Assembly (NCBI GenBank): GCA_963664435.2
Contig: CAXXKM010000003.1
Span: 672,001 to 736,000 of the forward strand
Direction: 5' to 3'
DNA from: Longimicrobiales bacterium
GTDB lineage: Bacteria; Gemmatimonadota; Gemmatimonadetes; Longimicrobiales; Gaopeijiaceae
Length of the DNA: 64,000 bases
In this document: one piece after another, positions 51,036-60,663 of the stretch
Position numbering within the stretch: the stretch's first letter is position 1
Layout: every line of letters begins with the position of its first letter
Made by a program: the position numbers and the translations under genes
The notes under the pieces: model-generated
Told to the model about the DNA's origin: nothing
Database searches by the model: none
The model's input: the letters and a program-made list of their open reading frames with translations, nothing else

Positions 51036-53282
51036 GTGGCGGGTGCGGTCGGTTCGGCGGGGGCCGAGAGGTCGGAAGCGCGCAGCCGGCGCTCCGGTCC
51101 GGCACGTCGTCCAACGGCACGCATCGGCCCACCGCGGCGCCCGGCCGCGATCGCGATCTTCGCACCCTTCATTCTTCTCGCTCCCGCGCCGCTGGCCGCC
51201 CAGGCCGGGCCCACCATCCGGGGCGTCGTGGTGGACGACGACGAAGGCACCCCCGTCATGGGCGCGGACGTGCTGGTGCAGTCGACGCCGCTGCGTGCAC
51301 TCACGGGCGAGGACGGCAGCTTCGAGCTGTCGGTGCCGGACGGCGGCACGTACACGCTTTTCGTCATCGCCGACGGCTACGGCAGCGCGGAGGTCACGGC
51401 CGACCCCGCCAGCACCGCGTCCGAGCCGCTCCGCATCCCGCTCGAGCCGCTGCTCTTCGATGTCCCGGGCCTGACCGTCACCGCGAGCCGGACCACGGTG
51501 CGTCCCGGCGACGCGACCGTGAGCGTCGCGATTCTGAGCGGAGAGGAGCTCCAGCGCCGCGACGTCACCAACCTCAGTGAAGCCCTCCCCTTCGCCCAGG
51601 GCGTGACCTTCAACGCGGGCCACATGGATATTCGCGGCTCCAGCGGCATCGCCCGCGGCGTCGGCAGCCGGGTGCTGATGTTGCTGGACGGCCACCGTGC
51701 GCTTACGGGCGTGGAATCGGCGATCGACTACAGCATCCTGCCGCTCCTGGACGTGGATCGCGTCGAGATCGTCAAGGGCCCCAACTCAACCCTGTGGGGC
51801 ACGAACGCCATGGCCGGCGTGGTCAACGTGATCACCCGCCCGCCCCTGGGCCCCCCGCGCACCGCCGTGCGCGGCTACTACGGCTTGTTCGACACCCCGG
51901 GCAACCTGGACTTCACCGACGAGCGCCTGAGCATGCGAGGGCTGCAGATCCAGCATGCGCGGCAGATCGGGGGCGCGGGCGTCACGGTGTTCGCCGGACG
52001 CGAGGGATCCGACGGTTTTCGCCAGAACGGAGGACAGGAGCGCTGGCAGTGGCGGGCCAAGGCCGTGTTCGGAGCCGAGTCGTCAAAGCCGCTGGAGGTG
52101 TTCGTCAGCGGGAAGCGCGAAGACCTGGAGGAATTCTTCACCTGGCTGTCCCCCGAGCGACGTCTCGAGGTGGATCCCGCGGACCTGGGCGACTGGAAGC
52201 GCAGCTCGGATCTCGTCTTCGGGATGACGGCCACTCCGGTCGTGACCTCGACGCTGAAGCTGCAGCTTCGGCCGCAGGTGCAGCGCGTGCGCAACCAGAA
52301 CTACTTCCACGACAACGAGGACTTCCACCGTTCCACGCGCTACGGCACCGACCTGCAGCTCTCGTTCTTCTCCGGCCTGCGGCACGCGGTCACGGTGGGA
52401 GGAGAGGCCTCGCGCACGGATGTGACGTCCAACTTCCTCAGTCCGACGCCGAACGTCACCGATCTGGCGCTCTTCGTCCAGGACGAAATCGGTTTCTCCG
52501 ATCGACTGCGCGGTTCCGCCGGCATCCGGCTCGATTCGCACAAGGCCTCGGTGGTGGAGGGCGACCTGACGCTCAATCCCAAGATCGGGCTCGTCTTCGA
52601 GGCCACTCCGGACATGAGCCTGCGGACATCCCTGAGCCGGGGATACCGGTCGCCCAGCGTCTCCGAGCAGTTCACCAGGACCACCACCTTCGGCTTTCGG
52701 GTCGTGCCGAATCTCGAGTTGCGGGGCGAATCGGCGTGGGCCGGCGAAGTGGGGACCACCGTCGTCCCGAACGAACGGCTCTGGTTCGACGCCGGACTCT
52801 TCTGGAGCGAGTACTCCGGCCTGATCGAGGTGACGGGCGCCCCGAACCAGCCGCTCACCTTCCAGTTCCGCAACGTGGCCGAGGCCCGGGTGCGCGGGCT
52901 CGATGCCGGCGTGCGCGTGGGGGTCGTGCCCCGCAAGCTCAACCTGCACACGAACTACCTCTTCATCGACTCGCGGGATCTCGACACCGGCCGGCCGCTC
53001 GCGTACAGGTCACGCCACAACCTGACGACGACCCTGTCGGGCTGGGCCGATCTGGTGGCGGTGGACGTGCGTCACCGGAGCGAGGCGGAAACCGTTCTCG
53101 CCTATCCTCTCGACGAACGGGGGGCCATCACGCTGCTGGATCTGCGGCTCGCGCTCGAAGTCATGGACATGGATGTGCGGGCGAAGGTGGAGAACCTTCT
53201 GCAGGCGGAGTACGTAGACGTCCAGGAACGCAATCCGGGAGCCACCCGAAGCTTCCGCTTGACCGTGACCTCTCGTTTCTGA
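51036..53282 (+). CDS. TonB-dependent receptor with N-terminal carboxypeptidase-regulatory-like domain
   Basis: IRGVVVD...GADV, LTVTASR, DRVEIVKGPNSTLWGTNAMAGVVNVIT, C-terminal Phe. Confidence 0.92.
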   Translation: MAGAVGSAGAERSEARSRRSGPARRPTARIGPPRRPAAIAIFAPFILLAPAPLAAQAGPTIRGVVVDDDEGTPVMGADVLVQSTPLRALTGEDGSFELSVPDGGTYTLFVIADGYGSAEVTADPASTASEPLRIPLEPLLFDVPGLTVTASRTTVRPGDATVSVAILSGEELQRRDVTNLSEALPFAQGVTFNAGHMDIRGSSGIARGVGSRVLMLLDGHRALTGVESAIDYSILPLLDVDRVEIVKGPNSTLWGTNAMAGVVNVITRPPLGPPRTAVRGYYGLFDTPGNLDFTDERLSMRGLQIQHARQIGGAGVTVFAGREGSDGFRQNGGQERWQWRAKAVFGAESSKPLEVFVSGKREDLEEFFTWLSPERRLEVDPADLGDWKRSSDLVFGMTATPVVTSTLKLQLRPQVQRVRNQNYFHDNEDFHRSTRYGTDLQLSFFSGLRHAVTVGGEASRTDVTSNFLSPTPNVTDLALFVQDEIGFSDRLRGSAGIRLDSHKASVVEGDLTLNPKIGLVFEATPDMSLRTSLSRGYRSPSVSEQFTRTTTFGFRVVPNLELRGESAWAGEVGTTVVPNERLWFDAGLFWSEYSGLIEVTGAPNQPLTFQFRNVAEARVRGLDAGVRVGVVPRKLNLHTNYLFIDSRDLDTGRPLAYRSRHNLTTTLSGWADLVAVDVRHRSEAETVLAYPLDERGAITLLDLRLALEVMDMDVRAKVENLLQAEYVDVQERNPGATRSFRLTVTSRF

Positions 53283-53352
53283 GGCGGGCTCCGAGGCAAC
53301 TCCGGGATATGCGCGGGTATCCAACGGATACCACCGTCCAGCGAGGAGACCC

Positions 53353-53808
53353 GTGACCCCATCCGATTCAATCAGCCTGGAGGAGTATGCGGCGGGCGAT
53401 GCCCCCGCGGAGTCGGCGCTCGTCCGGTTCCTTTATCCCGCCCCTGCCGAGCGCAAGGTCGGCAGGATCATCAAGTGGTGGGAGAAGCGGCGCCTGGCCT
53501 ACAACCTGGTGCTCGCCGGGTCCGGGATGGGCACCATCTTCATGGCGCTGCTCACCCTGAACCCCCTCTCGCAGGTAGTGCAGGCGCTCCCGGCGATCCT
53601 GCCCTTCGCGGTCATGGCGAATCTCTGCTACACGCTCGGGTGGATGGTCGAGGGTGTCCTGCACAGGATCTGGGGGCGCAGCCTGCGCCCGGTCGGGCCG
53701 GCGCTGTTCCGGGCGGGGCTCACCCTCGGGGTGGGCGTCGCCTTCGTCATCCCCACGATCGTGCTCATGGTCGCGTTCGTGGTGAGGCTGGTGACGGGGA
53801 ATCTGTAG
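53353..53808 (+). CDS. Hypothetical membrane protein
   Basis: GAGGAG RBS, three hydrophobic segments, WWEKRRLAYN and ANLCYTLGW motifs. Confidence 0.7.
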   Translation: MTPSDSISLEEYAAGDAPAESALVRFLYPAPAERKVGRIIKWWEKRRLAYNLVLAGSGMGTIFMALLTLNPLSQVVQALPAILPFAVMANLCYTLGWMVEGVLHRIWGRSLRPVGPALFRAGLTLGVGVAFVIPTIVLMVAFVVRLVTGNL

Positions 53809-53858
53809 GGTCGCGCGTAACCGGAGCCTCGCAACGCCTCGGACCTTCGGCTACGCCG

Positions 53859-54272
53859 CTATCTCCCAACGATCTCCAGCAGCTCGATCTCGAAGATCAG
53901 GGTCTCGTTGGGGCCGATCACCGCACCCGCGCCAGCCTCGCCGTACGCCAGCTCCGACGGGATCGTGACGCGGATGTGGCTGCCGACCGACATCAGTTGG
54001 AGCGCCTCGCTGAATCCCTCGATGAGCTCGTTTACCGGGAAGGTGTTGGGCTCGCCCCTGTCATAGGAGGCATCGAACTGGGACCCGTCGGTGAGCGTGC
54101 CCCGGTAGTGGACGACGACCTGGTCGTCAATGGTCGGCATCGGGCCGTCACCCTGTCGCAGCACCTCGTACTGAAGACCGCTGTCGGTAGTGATCACTCC
54201 GGACTCATCTCCCGCGCATGCGACGCCGGTCAGCGCCAGCAGGGCGAGCACACCGCGAAATGGCTTGCGCAT
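53859..54272 (-). CDS. FKBP-type peptidyl-prolyl isomerase (lipoprotein)
   Basis: SGLQYEVL, VHYRGTL.DG.QFD, IPSELAYG, LIFEIELL. Confidence 0.95.
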   Translation of the reverse strand: MRKPFRGVLALLALTGVACAGDESGVITTDSGLQYEVLRQGDGPMPTIDDQVVVHYRGTLTDGSQFDASYDRGEPNTFPVNELIEGFSEALQLMSVGSHIRVTIPSELAYGEAGAGAVIGPNETLIFEIELLEIVGR

Positions 54273-54367
54273 TCTTGCTCCTTGGATGGTGGACGCGTGC
54301 GCAGGAAGCTAACAGCCCGGTGGCCGCGTCGCGCTCCGGTGGGCGCGGCCGCTCCGGCGCGCCATCG

Positions 54368-55000
54368 CTAGCGCAGGACCCGGCGAAGGAATTGCACGGC
54401 TTCGTCCACGCTCTCGGCAGCCGGTACGGAGGCCGACACGTGCTCCGCCCGGGCGGTGTCTCCCAGCAGGACGAGCGGTCGGCCGTAGCGGATCGCCAAC
54501 TCGACTTCGGAGGCCGTGCCGGAGGATCCCGGAAGGGCGACGACGACGTCGGAGGAGAGGATGTTGATGTGGTTCCGGGAGCGGATGCCGGAACCGTCGT
54601 CGCCGCGGGCGTCGAGGTGGGTGCGGACGGCGAGTTCCACCCAGGGGTTGGGATAGCCGGGGGGAGTTCCCGGATCCGCAGCGGCGTGACTCGGATTCGC
54701 CTCGGTCCGACTCACGGATGCATCACTCCGACTCGGATCTGTATCGGCTCGGTCGGGGCGTGCATCGCCCGCCGGAAGCACTCCGACAACCAGCCCCTCG
54801 CGCCCGGATACCTCCGAGAACGCCTTCGACACGGCCTCCATGACGCCGCGTCCACCGCCGGTCAGCAGATGCACGCTCATCCGCGCCAGGGCGCGCCCGA
54901 GCGGCTCGGCGAGATGGGCGTGCGGCGCGGAGCCGGACCCCATGACCCCGACCACGGGGAGGCGGCGACGCGCTTCGCCGGGCCCTGGCGCGTTGCTCAA
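54368..55000 (-). CDS. SLOG/LOG-family protein (molybdenum cofactor carrier-like)
   Basis: VGVMGSG, LTGGGRGVMEA, SRNHINILSSD, PGSSGTASEV. Start approximate (TTG 55000). Confidence 0.8.
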   Translation of the reverse strand: MSNAPGPGEARRRLPVVGVMGSGSAPHAHLAEPLGRALARMSVHLLTGGGRGVMEAVSKAFSEVSGREGLVVGVLPAGDARPDRADTDPSRSDASVSRTEANPSHAAADPGTPPGYPNPWVELAVRTHLDARGDDGSGIRSRNHINILSSDVVVALPGSSGTASEVELAIRYGRPLVLLGDTARAEHVSASVPAAESVDEAVQFLRRVLR

Positions 55001-55008
55001 CTCACCCG

Positions 55009-55833
55009 CTACCTGAGCAGAATGAACCGGCGATGGAGCGGCTGGACCGGACGCGCGTTCATCGGATAAAGGGCCGCGAAGGCGTCGACCTGCCCCTGCG
55101 ACACGGCGATGGACTCGCTCATCACCACCCAGCTGACAACCTCGGAGCAGGGCGGCGTGGTGAGGGAGCCGGCGTAGCGGAAGTAGGCGCGCCCTCCGGG
55201 GAGGAACGCGTTCGGGTCGATGCCGGCGAGGGGCGCAGGCGCCTCGTCGACGCCGGGTATGGCATCCCATATGGCCTGTGTGGCTGCATGGGCGCCGCCG
55301 GCATCCATGAAGACCCCGATAACCGCGAGGTCGCCCTCCTCGGCCTGGTGCACGAAATGCACCTCCATCGGGTAGGCCCCGCCGTCGACCGTGTGCTCGC
55401 TCGGCAGATGGAAGTGGAACTGGAGGAGCGAGAACTGCCTGCCCTCGAGGATGATGGAACTCCCGGCCCCCATGTTGACCTGGATGGTGTGCCCGTTGTC
55501 GACCACCTCCCCGTCCGTGGGCTGCCACTGGATTTCGAGCCCGCCGCCGCCCGCCGGAATCGCGCCCGCCAGGTCGATCGGCGACTGCTGAACTCCGGTG
55601 TCGCAGACGGCGAACGACGGGTCGAGCCCGCCCCACCGGTCCGGGCCGGTGTCGCCTTCGTAGCTCCAGTGAACCTCGCCGCCGTCCGCCTCGTGCGCCT
55701 GCTCTGCGTCCATTTGCTCCTCCGCGTCCGCCTGACCCGGCGCATTCGCCTGGCAGGCGTATTGGGCGCCGGCGAGGCAGGCCATCGCGAAGCCGGCGGC
55801 GAGTGTCCTCGGGAATGAATGATGATGACTCAT
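55009..55833 (-). CDS. cah: Alpha-class carbonic anhydrase, exported
   Basis: HWSYEG, QSPIDL, NGHTIQ, QFHFHLPSEH, EVHFVH, YAGSLTTPPCSE, NARPVQPL. Confidence 0.95.
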   Translation of the reverse strand: MSHHHSFPRTLAAGFAMACLAGAQYACQANAPGQADAEEQMDAEQAHEADGGEVHWSYEGDTGPDRWGGLDPSFAVCDTGVQQSPIDLAGAIPAGGGGLEIQWQPTDGEVVDNGHTIQVNMGAGSSIILEGRQFSLLQFHFHLPSEHTVDGGAYPMEVHFVHQAEEGDLAVIGVFMDAGGAHAATQAIWDAIPGVDEAPAPLAGIDPNAFLPGGRAYFRYAGSLTTPPCSEVVSWVVMSESIAVSQGQVDAFAALYPMNARPVQPLHRRFILLR

Positions 55834-56080
55834 GGGTTCCTCCGTGCTGTCTTCGCCGAAGCCGATCTGCGACAGGCCGATTCTACTGCCGAGCGGGTCG
55901 CCGGTCCAACCCAAAAGCGTATTATGGATGGTCGAACGAGACGGAATTCACGCCCGGGCCCTCCATGCGACGGACTCCAAGGAACACGAGTGAATCCGGT
56001 ACCGGACGGGTGGGATCCGACCGCGCCGGGCGCAATGATGCAGGGACGGGCGGCCGGGACGGCGGCACCCCGGGACTGCA

Positions 56081-57388
<1,308 letters not shown>

Positions 57389-58214
57389 CGGCGAGCGGAC
57401 TCGAAGACCTGGCTCGCGCTCCGCACCTTCGGCTCCGCCTCCAGCAGCCGGGCGAGCACGCCCGTCACGTTGGCCACCGCGAAGCTGATGCCGCCCAGGT
57501 TGCGCGCGGGAGAGACGCCGGGGATCGGCCGCGGAAAACCCGAGGCGAGGAACGCCGGGGCTCCCCGGTGGTCGGTCCGCACCCGCACTGAATGGCGGGG
57601 ACAGCTCCAGTCCAGCAGCACGCCGATGGCGCCGGGGATCGATCCGGGAAGCCAGCGCACGCCTTCGCCCTCCGGCGTTCCCTCCTCTCCCGTTCGGCCA
57701 CCGCCGGAGCGTGCCGACACGACGAGCGATCCGGCATCCGCAGCGCCCGCCACCGCCTCGGCGAGCCTGACTTCATGCGCCGGATTCGTCGTCCCCAGGC
57801 TGAGGTTGATGAGCCGCGCCTCGTGCTCCGCCGCCCATTCGATGGCCCGCACCAGGGCGCCGCAACTGGTCGCCAGGCGGTCGCCGAAGACCTTCACGGC
57901 GAACAACTCGGCTCCGGGCGCCTTCTCCCTGATGGCGGCGGCGACGGCCGTTCCGTGGCCGAGCCGGTCGAGGTAGTCGTCGGCTTCCGTCTCGTCCCGC
58001 CCGATCGCCACCCCGCCCGCGACGCCACCCACATGCGGATGCAGCGAGTGAACCCCGCTGTCCACCACCGCGATGCGGATGCCCTCGCCCCTCCGCTCCG
58101 CCAGGGCGGCATCGTCCAGCCGCAGTTCGCGGTGTTCCCATTCTTCCATTCGTGACATGAGGTCGATGATATGGAGTTGAAGCGCCCGCGACCACACAAG
58201 CTGACGGAAACACC

Positions 58215-58252
58215 TTGACATGTTAGTCACATGAAACCATGCTGTTCACATG
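58215..58252 (+). promoter_or_regulatory. vapBC promoter/operator, probably leaderless
   Basis: TTGACA (58215-20), 17 nt, CATGCT (58238-43), ATG at 58250 with no RBS. CATG recurs at 58219, 58230, 58238 and 58249. Confidence 0.6.
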
Positions 58253-58480
58253 TACAAGATGCTTCAGATTCGGAATGTCCCCGACAGCCTCCACCGTCGG
58301 CTCAAGGCTCGCGCCGCACATCTCGGTATGTCCATGTCCGACTACGTGCTCTGCGAGATCGAACGACTACTCGAGAAGCCGACGCGCGAGGAACTGTTCG
58401 CCAGGATCGCCCAGCTGCCGCCCATTGAACTCGATCCCCCTCCGAGCGACGTCCTGCGAGAGGAGCGGGAAAGCCGTTAG
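58250..58480 (+). CDS. vapB: FitA/VapB-like ribbon-helix-helix antitoxin
   Basis: LQIRNVPDSLHRRLKARAA..GMSMSDY; directly upstream of a PIN toxin. Confidence 0.85.
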   Translation: MYKMLQIRNVPDSLHRRLKARAAHLGMSMSDYVLCEIERLLEKPTREELFARIAQLPPIELDPPPSDVLREERESR

Positions 58481-58486
58481 CTCGAC

Positions 58487-58918
58487 GTGATCGCCGTCCT
58501 GGACGCCTCCGCGGTCATCGAGCTTGTGCTCGGAACCCGGTCGGGGATGGAGATTCTAAGGCGAGTCTCCCATCCGCAGCTCTCGCTGCACAGTCCCGAG
58601 CTCGTGGACATCGAGGTCCTCAACACGCTCCGCCGGTACGAACTGGCAGACATCGTCCCGCCCGATCGCGTTGCCCAGGCCATCGACAATCTGAGCGATC
58701 TCGATATGCGCCGGCACCCGCATGGACCGATCATCCCGAGAATCTGGTCCTGGCGATACAACCTGACGTCGTACGATGCGGCATACGTAACGCTCGCCGA
58801 AGGCCTCGATGCCCCCCTGCTTACAACGGATGCCCGTCTGGGCAGAGCGCCGCGGCTTCCGGTTCGGGTGGAGGTGTTCGCTCGCTTCCGGCCTCCTCGC
58901 TCGACGGACCGTCGCTAA
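58487..58918 (+). CDS. vapC: VapC PIN-domain toxin
   Basis: VLDASA, PELVDIEV, YDAAYVTLAE, LLTTD. Confidence 0.92.
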   Translation: MIAVLDASAVIELVLGTRSGMEILRRVSHPQLSLHSPELVDIEVLNTLRRYELADIVPPDRVAQAIDNLSDLDMRRHPHGPIIPRIWSWRYNLTSYDAAYVTLAEGLDAPLLTTDARLGRAPRLPVRVEVFARFRPPRSTDRR

Positions 58919-58957
58919 CCCCCCTCCCCCCCGCCCCGCATCACCGCCTGGCAGCCC
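58915..58957 (-). repeat. Degenerate duplicate of the ABC exporter 3' end
   Basis: CTAACCCCCCTCCCCCCCG is identical at 58915-58933 and 60662-60680. 58933-58957 matches 60821-60845 at 22/25. Confidence 0.8.
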
Positions 58958-58982
58958 GCAGCCCACGACGGCGACCCCGACT

Positions 58983-60263
58983 TCAGGCATCGAGACTGGC
59001 CAGGCACGCCCCGGCGCGGGCGAGGACCGCGTCCTCCAACGCGGGAACGACCGGGTGATCCAGGCCTTGGCAGCGGGCGGCCGTGACGACACTGCGAAAG
59101 CAGTCCGGGATCTCCGCAGCCAGCGATCTGCACATGTCCAGCACTTCATCTCGTGCCAGCGCCGCCTCCTTGGCGAACCGCTCCCAGTGTCTCGCTCGAA
59201 TGTAACCGAGCCGAGCCTCGCCGCCGATCGTGGTCGCCATCTTGAGCCTTGGCGCATAGTGGCCAGGATAGGGTAGCAGACTCGCGACATCGTAGAGGGG
59301 AGCCAGAGACCCGTGCCCGCTCGGCCCGATCAGCATGGAGAAGTTCTTGGCGTGCGCATCGGTACCGCCGATGATCCAGTTCAGTGCAATGGCCCGCGCG
59401 AAGGTACGCGCATCGCGGCCGGGCCGGCGGGAATGTGTCCGAATCGCATCGATAATCAGTCCGCACCCCGGGCCCCCGTCGCTCTGGTATTTCCTGGTCG
59501 GCGGGATTCCCAGCGTCTGGCACAGGTCCTCCTGGTGCACCCGAGCCAGGCGATCAGGGGTAGTGATGCGGTCGTACCTCTCGACGACGATCGCGGTCTC
59601 GTCCCCGAAACGGGCCACCCGCGACCGGGCCGCCGGCAGTCCGAGCGCGCGGGCCAGGGTAAGACACAGGTGTTCGTTCTCGCAGTGGCCCGGGAAGCCG
59701 GGGATCGGCGGCTTCAGGATGTGCGTGGTGGGCGTTGACCCGCGCGGGACGCCCCATCTCCCATCCTTCAGGAGCAACGCCGTCTTGGATTGTGCCCCGG
59801 CAAGGCTGAATTGGCCCCCGTCGCCCGGCAGCCGCCACGCACTGCCGTCCTCGCCCAATGCGCCGAGGCGCTCCCCAACCTGCGCCTCGGTCAGCCACTC
59901 CACCGGTTCGGCTTCGCCGCCTAGCAGCCGCTCAACGCGATCAGGCCGGGCGAACTGGACTCCCCCCGGACAGTCCTCCCCGGTCGCACCCAGCAATGCA
60001 AACGCGCTGCGCGCCGATACCTGGAATTTGCGACCCCAGCGCGCGAGGACATTCTCGTTGTCGGGCAACAATCCCCACAGCCACGGTTCGATCTTGTCGT
60101 GACCGTGTTCTGCGGCCGCGAGGGGCATCGACAGGGACAACGGATATGCGTTCTCCGCCAGCCGCCAGCCGGCGTCGTACGCGAAGGAGAGTCGGCCCCC
60201 AGCCTGCCGCGTGACGTACCCCATGACGCGTTGGCTCGCCACCGCGACGAGCCGCTCGGTCAC
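58983..60263 (-). CDS. hipA: HipA Ser/Thr kinase toxin
   Basis: PLSLSMP, LLPDN, FSLAGAQSK, THILKP, VERYDR, HQEDLCQ, TDAHAKNFS, LAPLYD. Confidence 0.95.
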   Translation of the reverse strand: MTERLVAVASQRVMGYVTRQAGGRLSFAYDAGWRLAENAYPLSLSMPLAAAEHGHDKIEPWLWGLLPDNENVLARWGRKFQVSARSAFALLGATGEDCPGGVQFARPDRVERLLGGEAEPVEWLTEAQVGERLGALGEDGSAWRLPGDGGQFSLAGAQSKTALLLKDGRWGVPRGSTPTTHILKPPIPGFPGHCENEHLCLTLARALGLPAARSRVARFGDETAIVVERYDRITTPDRLARVHQEDLCQTLGIPPTRKYQSDGGPGCGLIIDAIRTHSRRPGRDARTFARAIALNWIIGGTDAHAKNFSMLIGPSGHGSLAPLYDVASLLPYPGHYAPRLKMATTIGGEARLGYIRARHWERFAKEAALARDEVLDMCRSLAAEIPDCFRSVVTAARCQGLDHPVVPALEDAVLARAGACLASLDA

Positions 60264-60556
60264 GGCTGCGCTCGTCGGTGCGCTTCCACAACCGCGTCGA
60301 TATCGCCAGCCTCGATCGGGGCATCGCCGGTCGAGACATCGGGGATGCCCTCGCCCCGGATCGACAGTGACAGGTCGAGTGCCGCGAGGGTCTGGAGCAC
60401 CTTGCCCAGCTCGGCACGCGGCTTTCCTGCCTCAATTGCGACAATCCATTGGCGGCCAACGCCCGCAGCGTGCGCGAGCTGGTGCTGGGTCATGCGGCGG
60501 GTGCGCCTGGATTCGCGGATCATCAAGCCGACATCGACGGGTGTGCGGACGAACAT
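60260..60556 (-). CDS. hipB: HipB-like Xre HTH antitoxin
   Basis: IRESRR..RMTQHQLA..AGVGRQWIVAIEAGKP; GTGA overlap with hipA. Confidence 0.88.
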   Translation of the reverse strand: MFVRTPVDVGLMIRESRRTRRMTQHQLAHAAGVGRQWIVAIEAGKPRAELGKVLQTLAALDLSLSIRGEGIPDVSTGDAPIEAGDIDAVVEAHRRAQP

Positions 60557-60590
60557 CGGGTTTCTCGGGTTGCGGTTGCTCGCCAACCAG

Positions 60591-60663
60591 TGTATCCGTT
60601 CGCCGACATTATTGCAATGTCACCGAGCGGCGACATTCGGCTGAATGACCGCGAACGGCGACT
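60591..60663. promoter_or_regulatory. Three 18-bp imperfect palindromes upstream of hipB (putative operators)
   Basis: TGTATCCGTTCGCCGACA (60591), TGTCACCGAGCGGCGACA (60618), TGACCGCGAACGGCGACT (60646). AATAAT -10-like hexamer on the minus strand between the first two. Confidence 0.6.

Noticed and set aside
54680..54765. Low-complexity insert in the SLOG protein (repeated ACTCGGAT)
   Set aside because: A short degenerate in-frame duplication in a loop, with no sign of a mobile element or intein.
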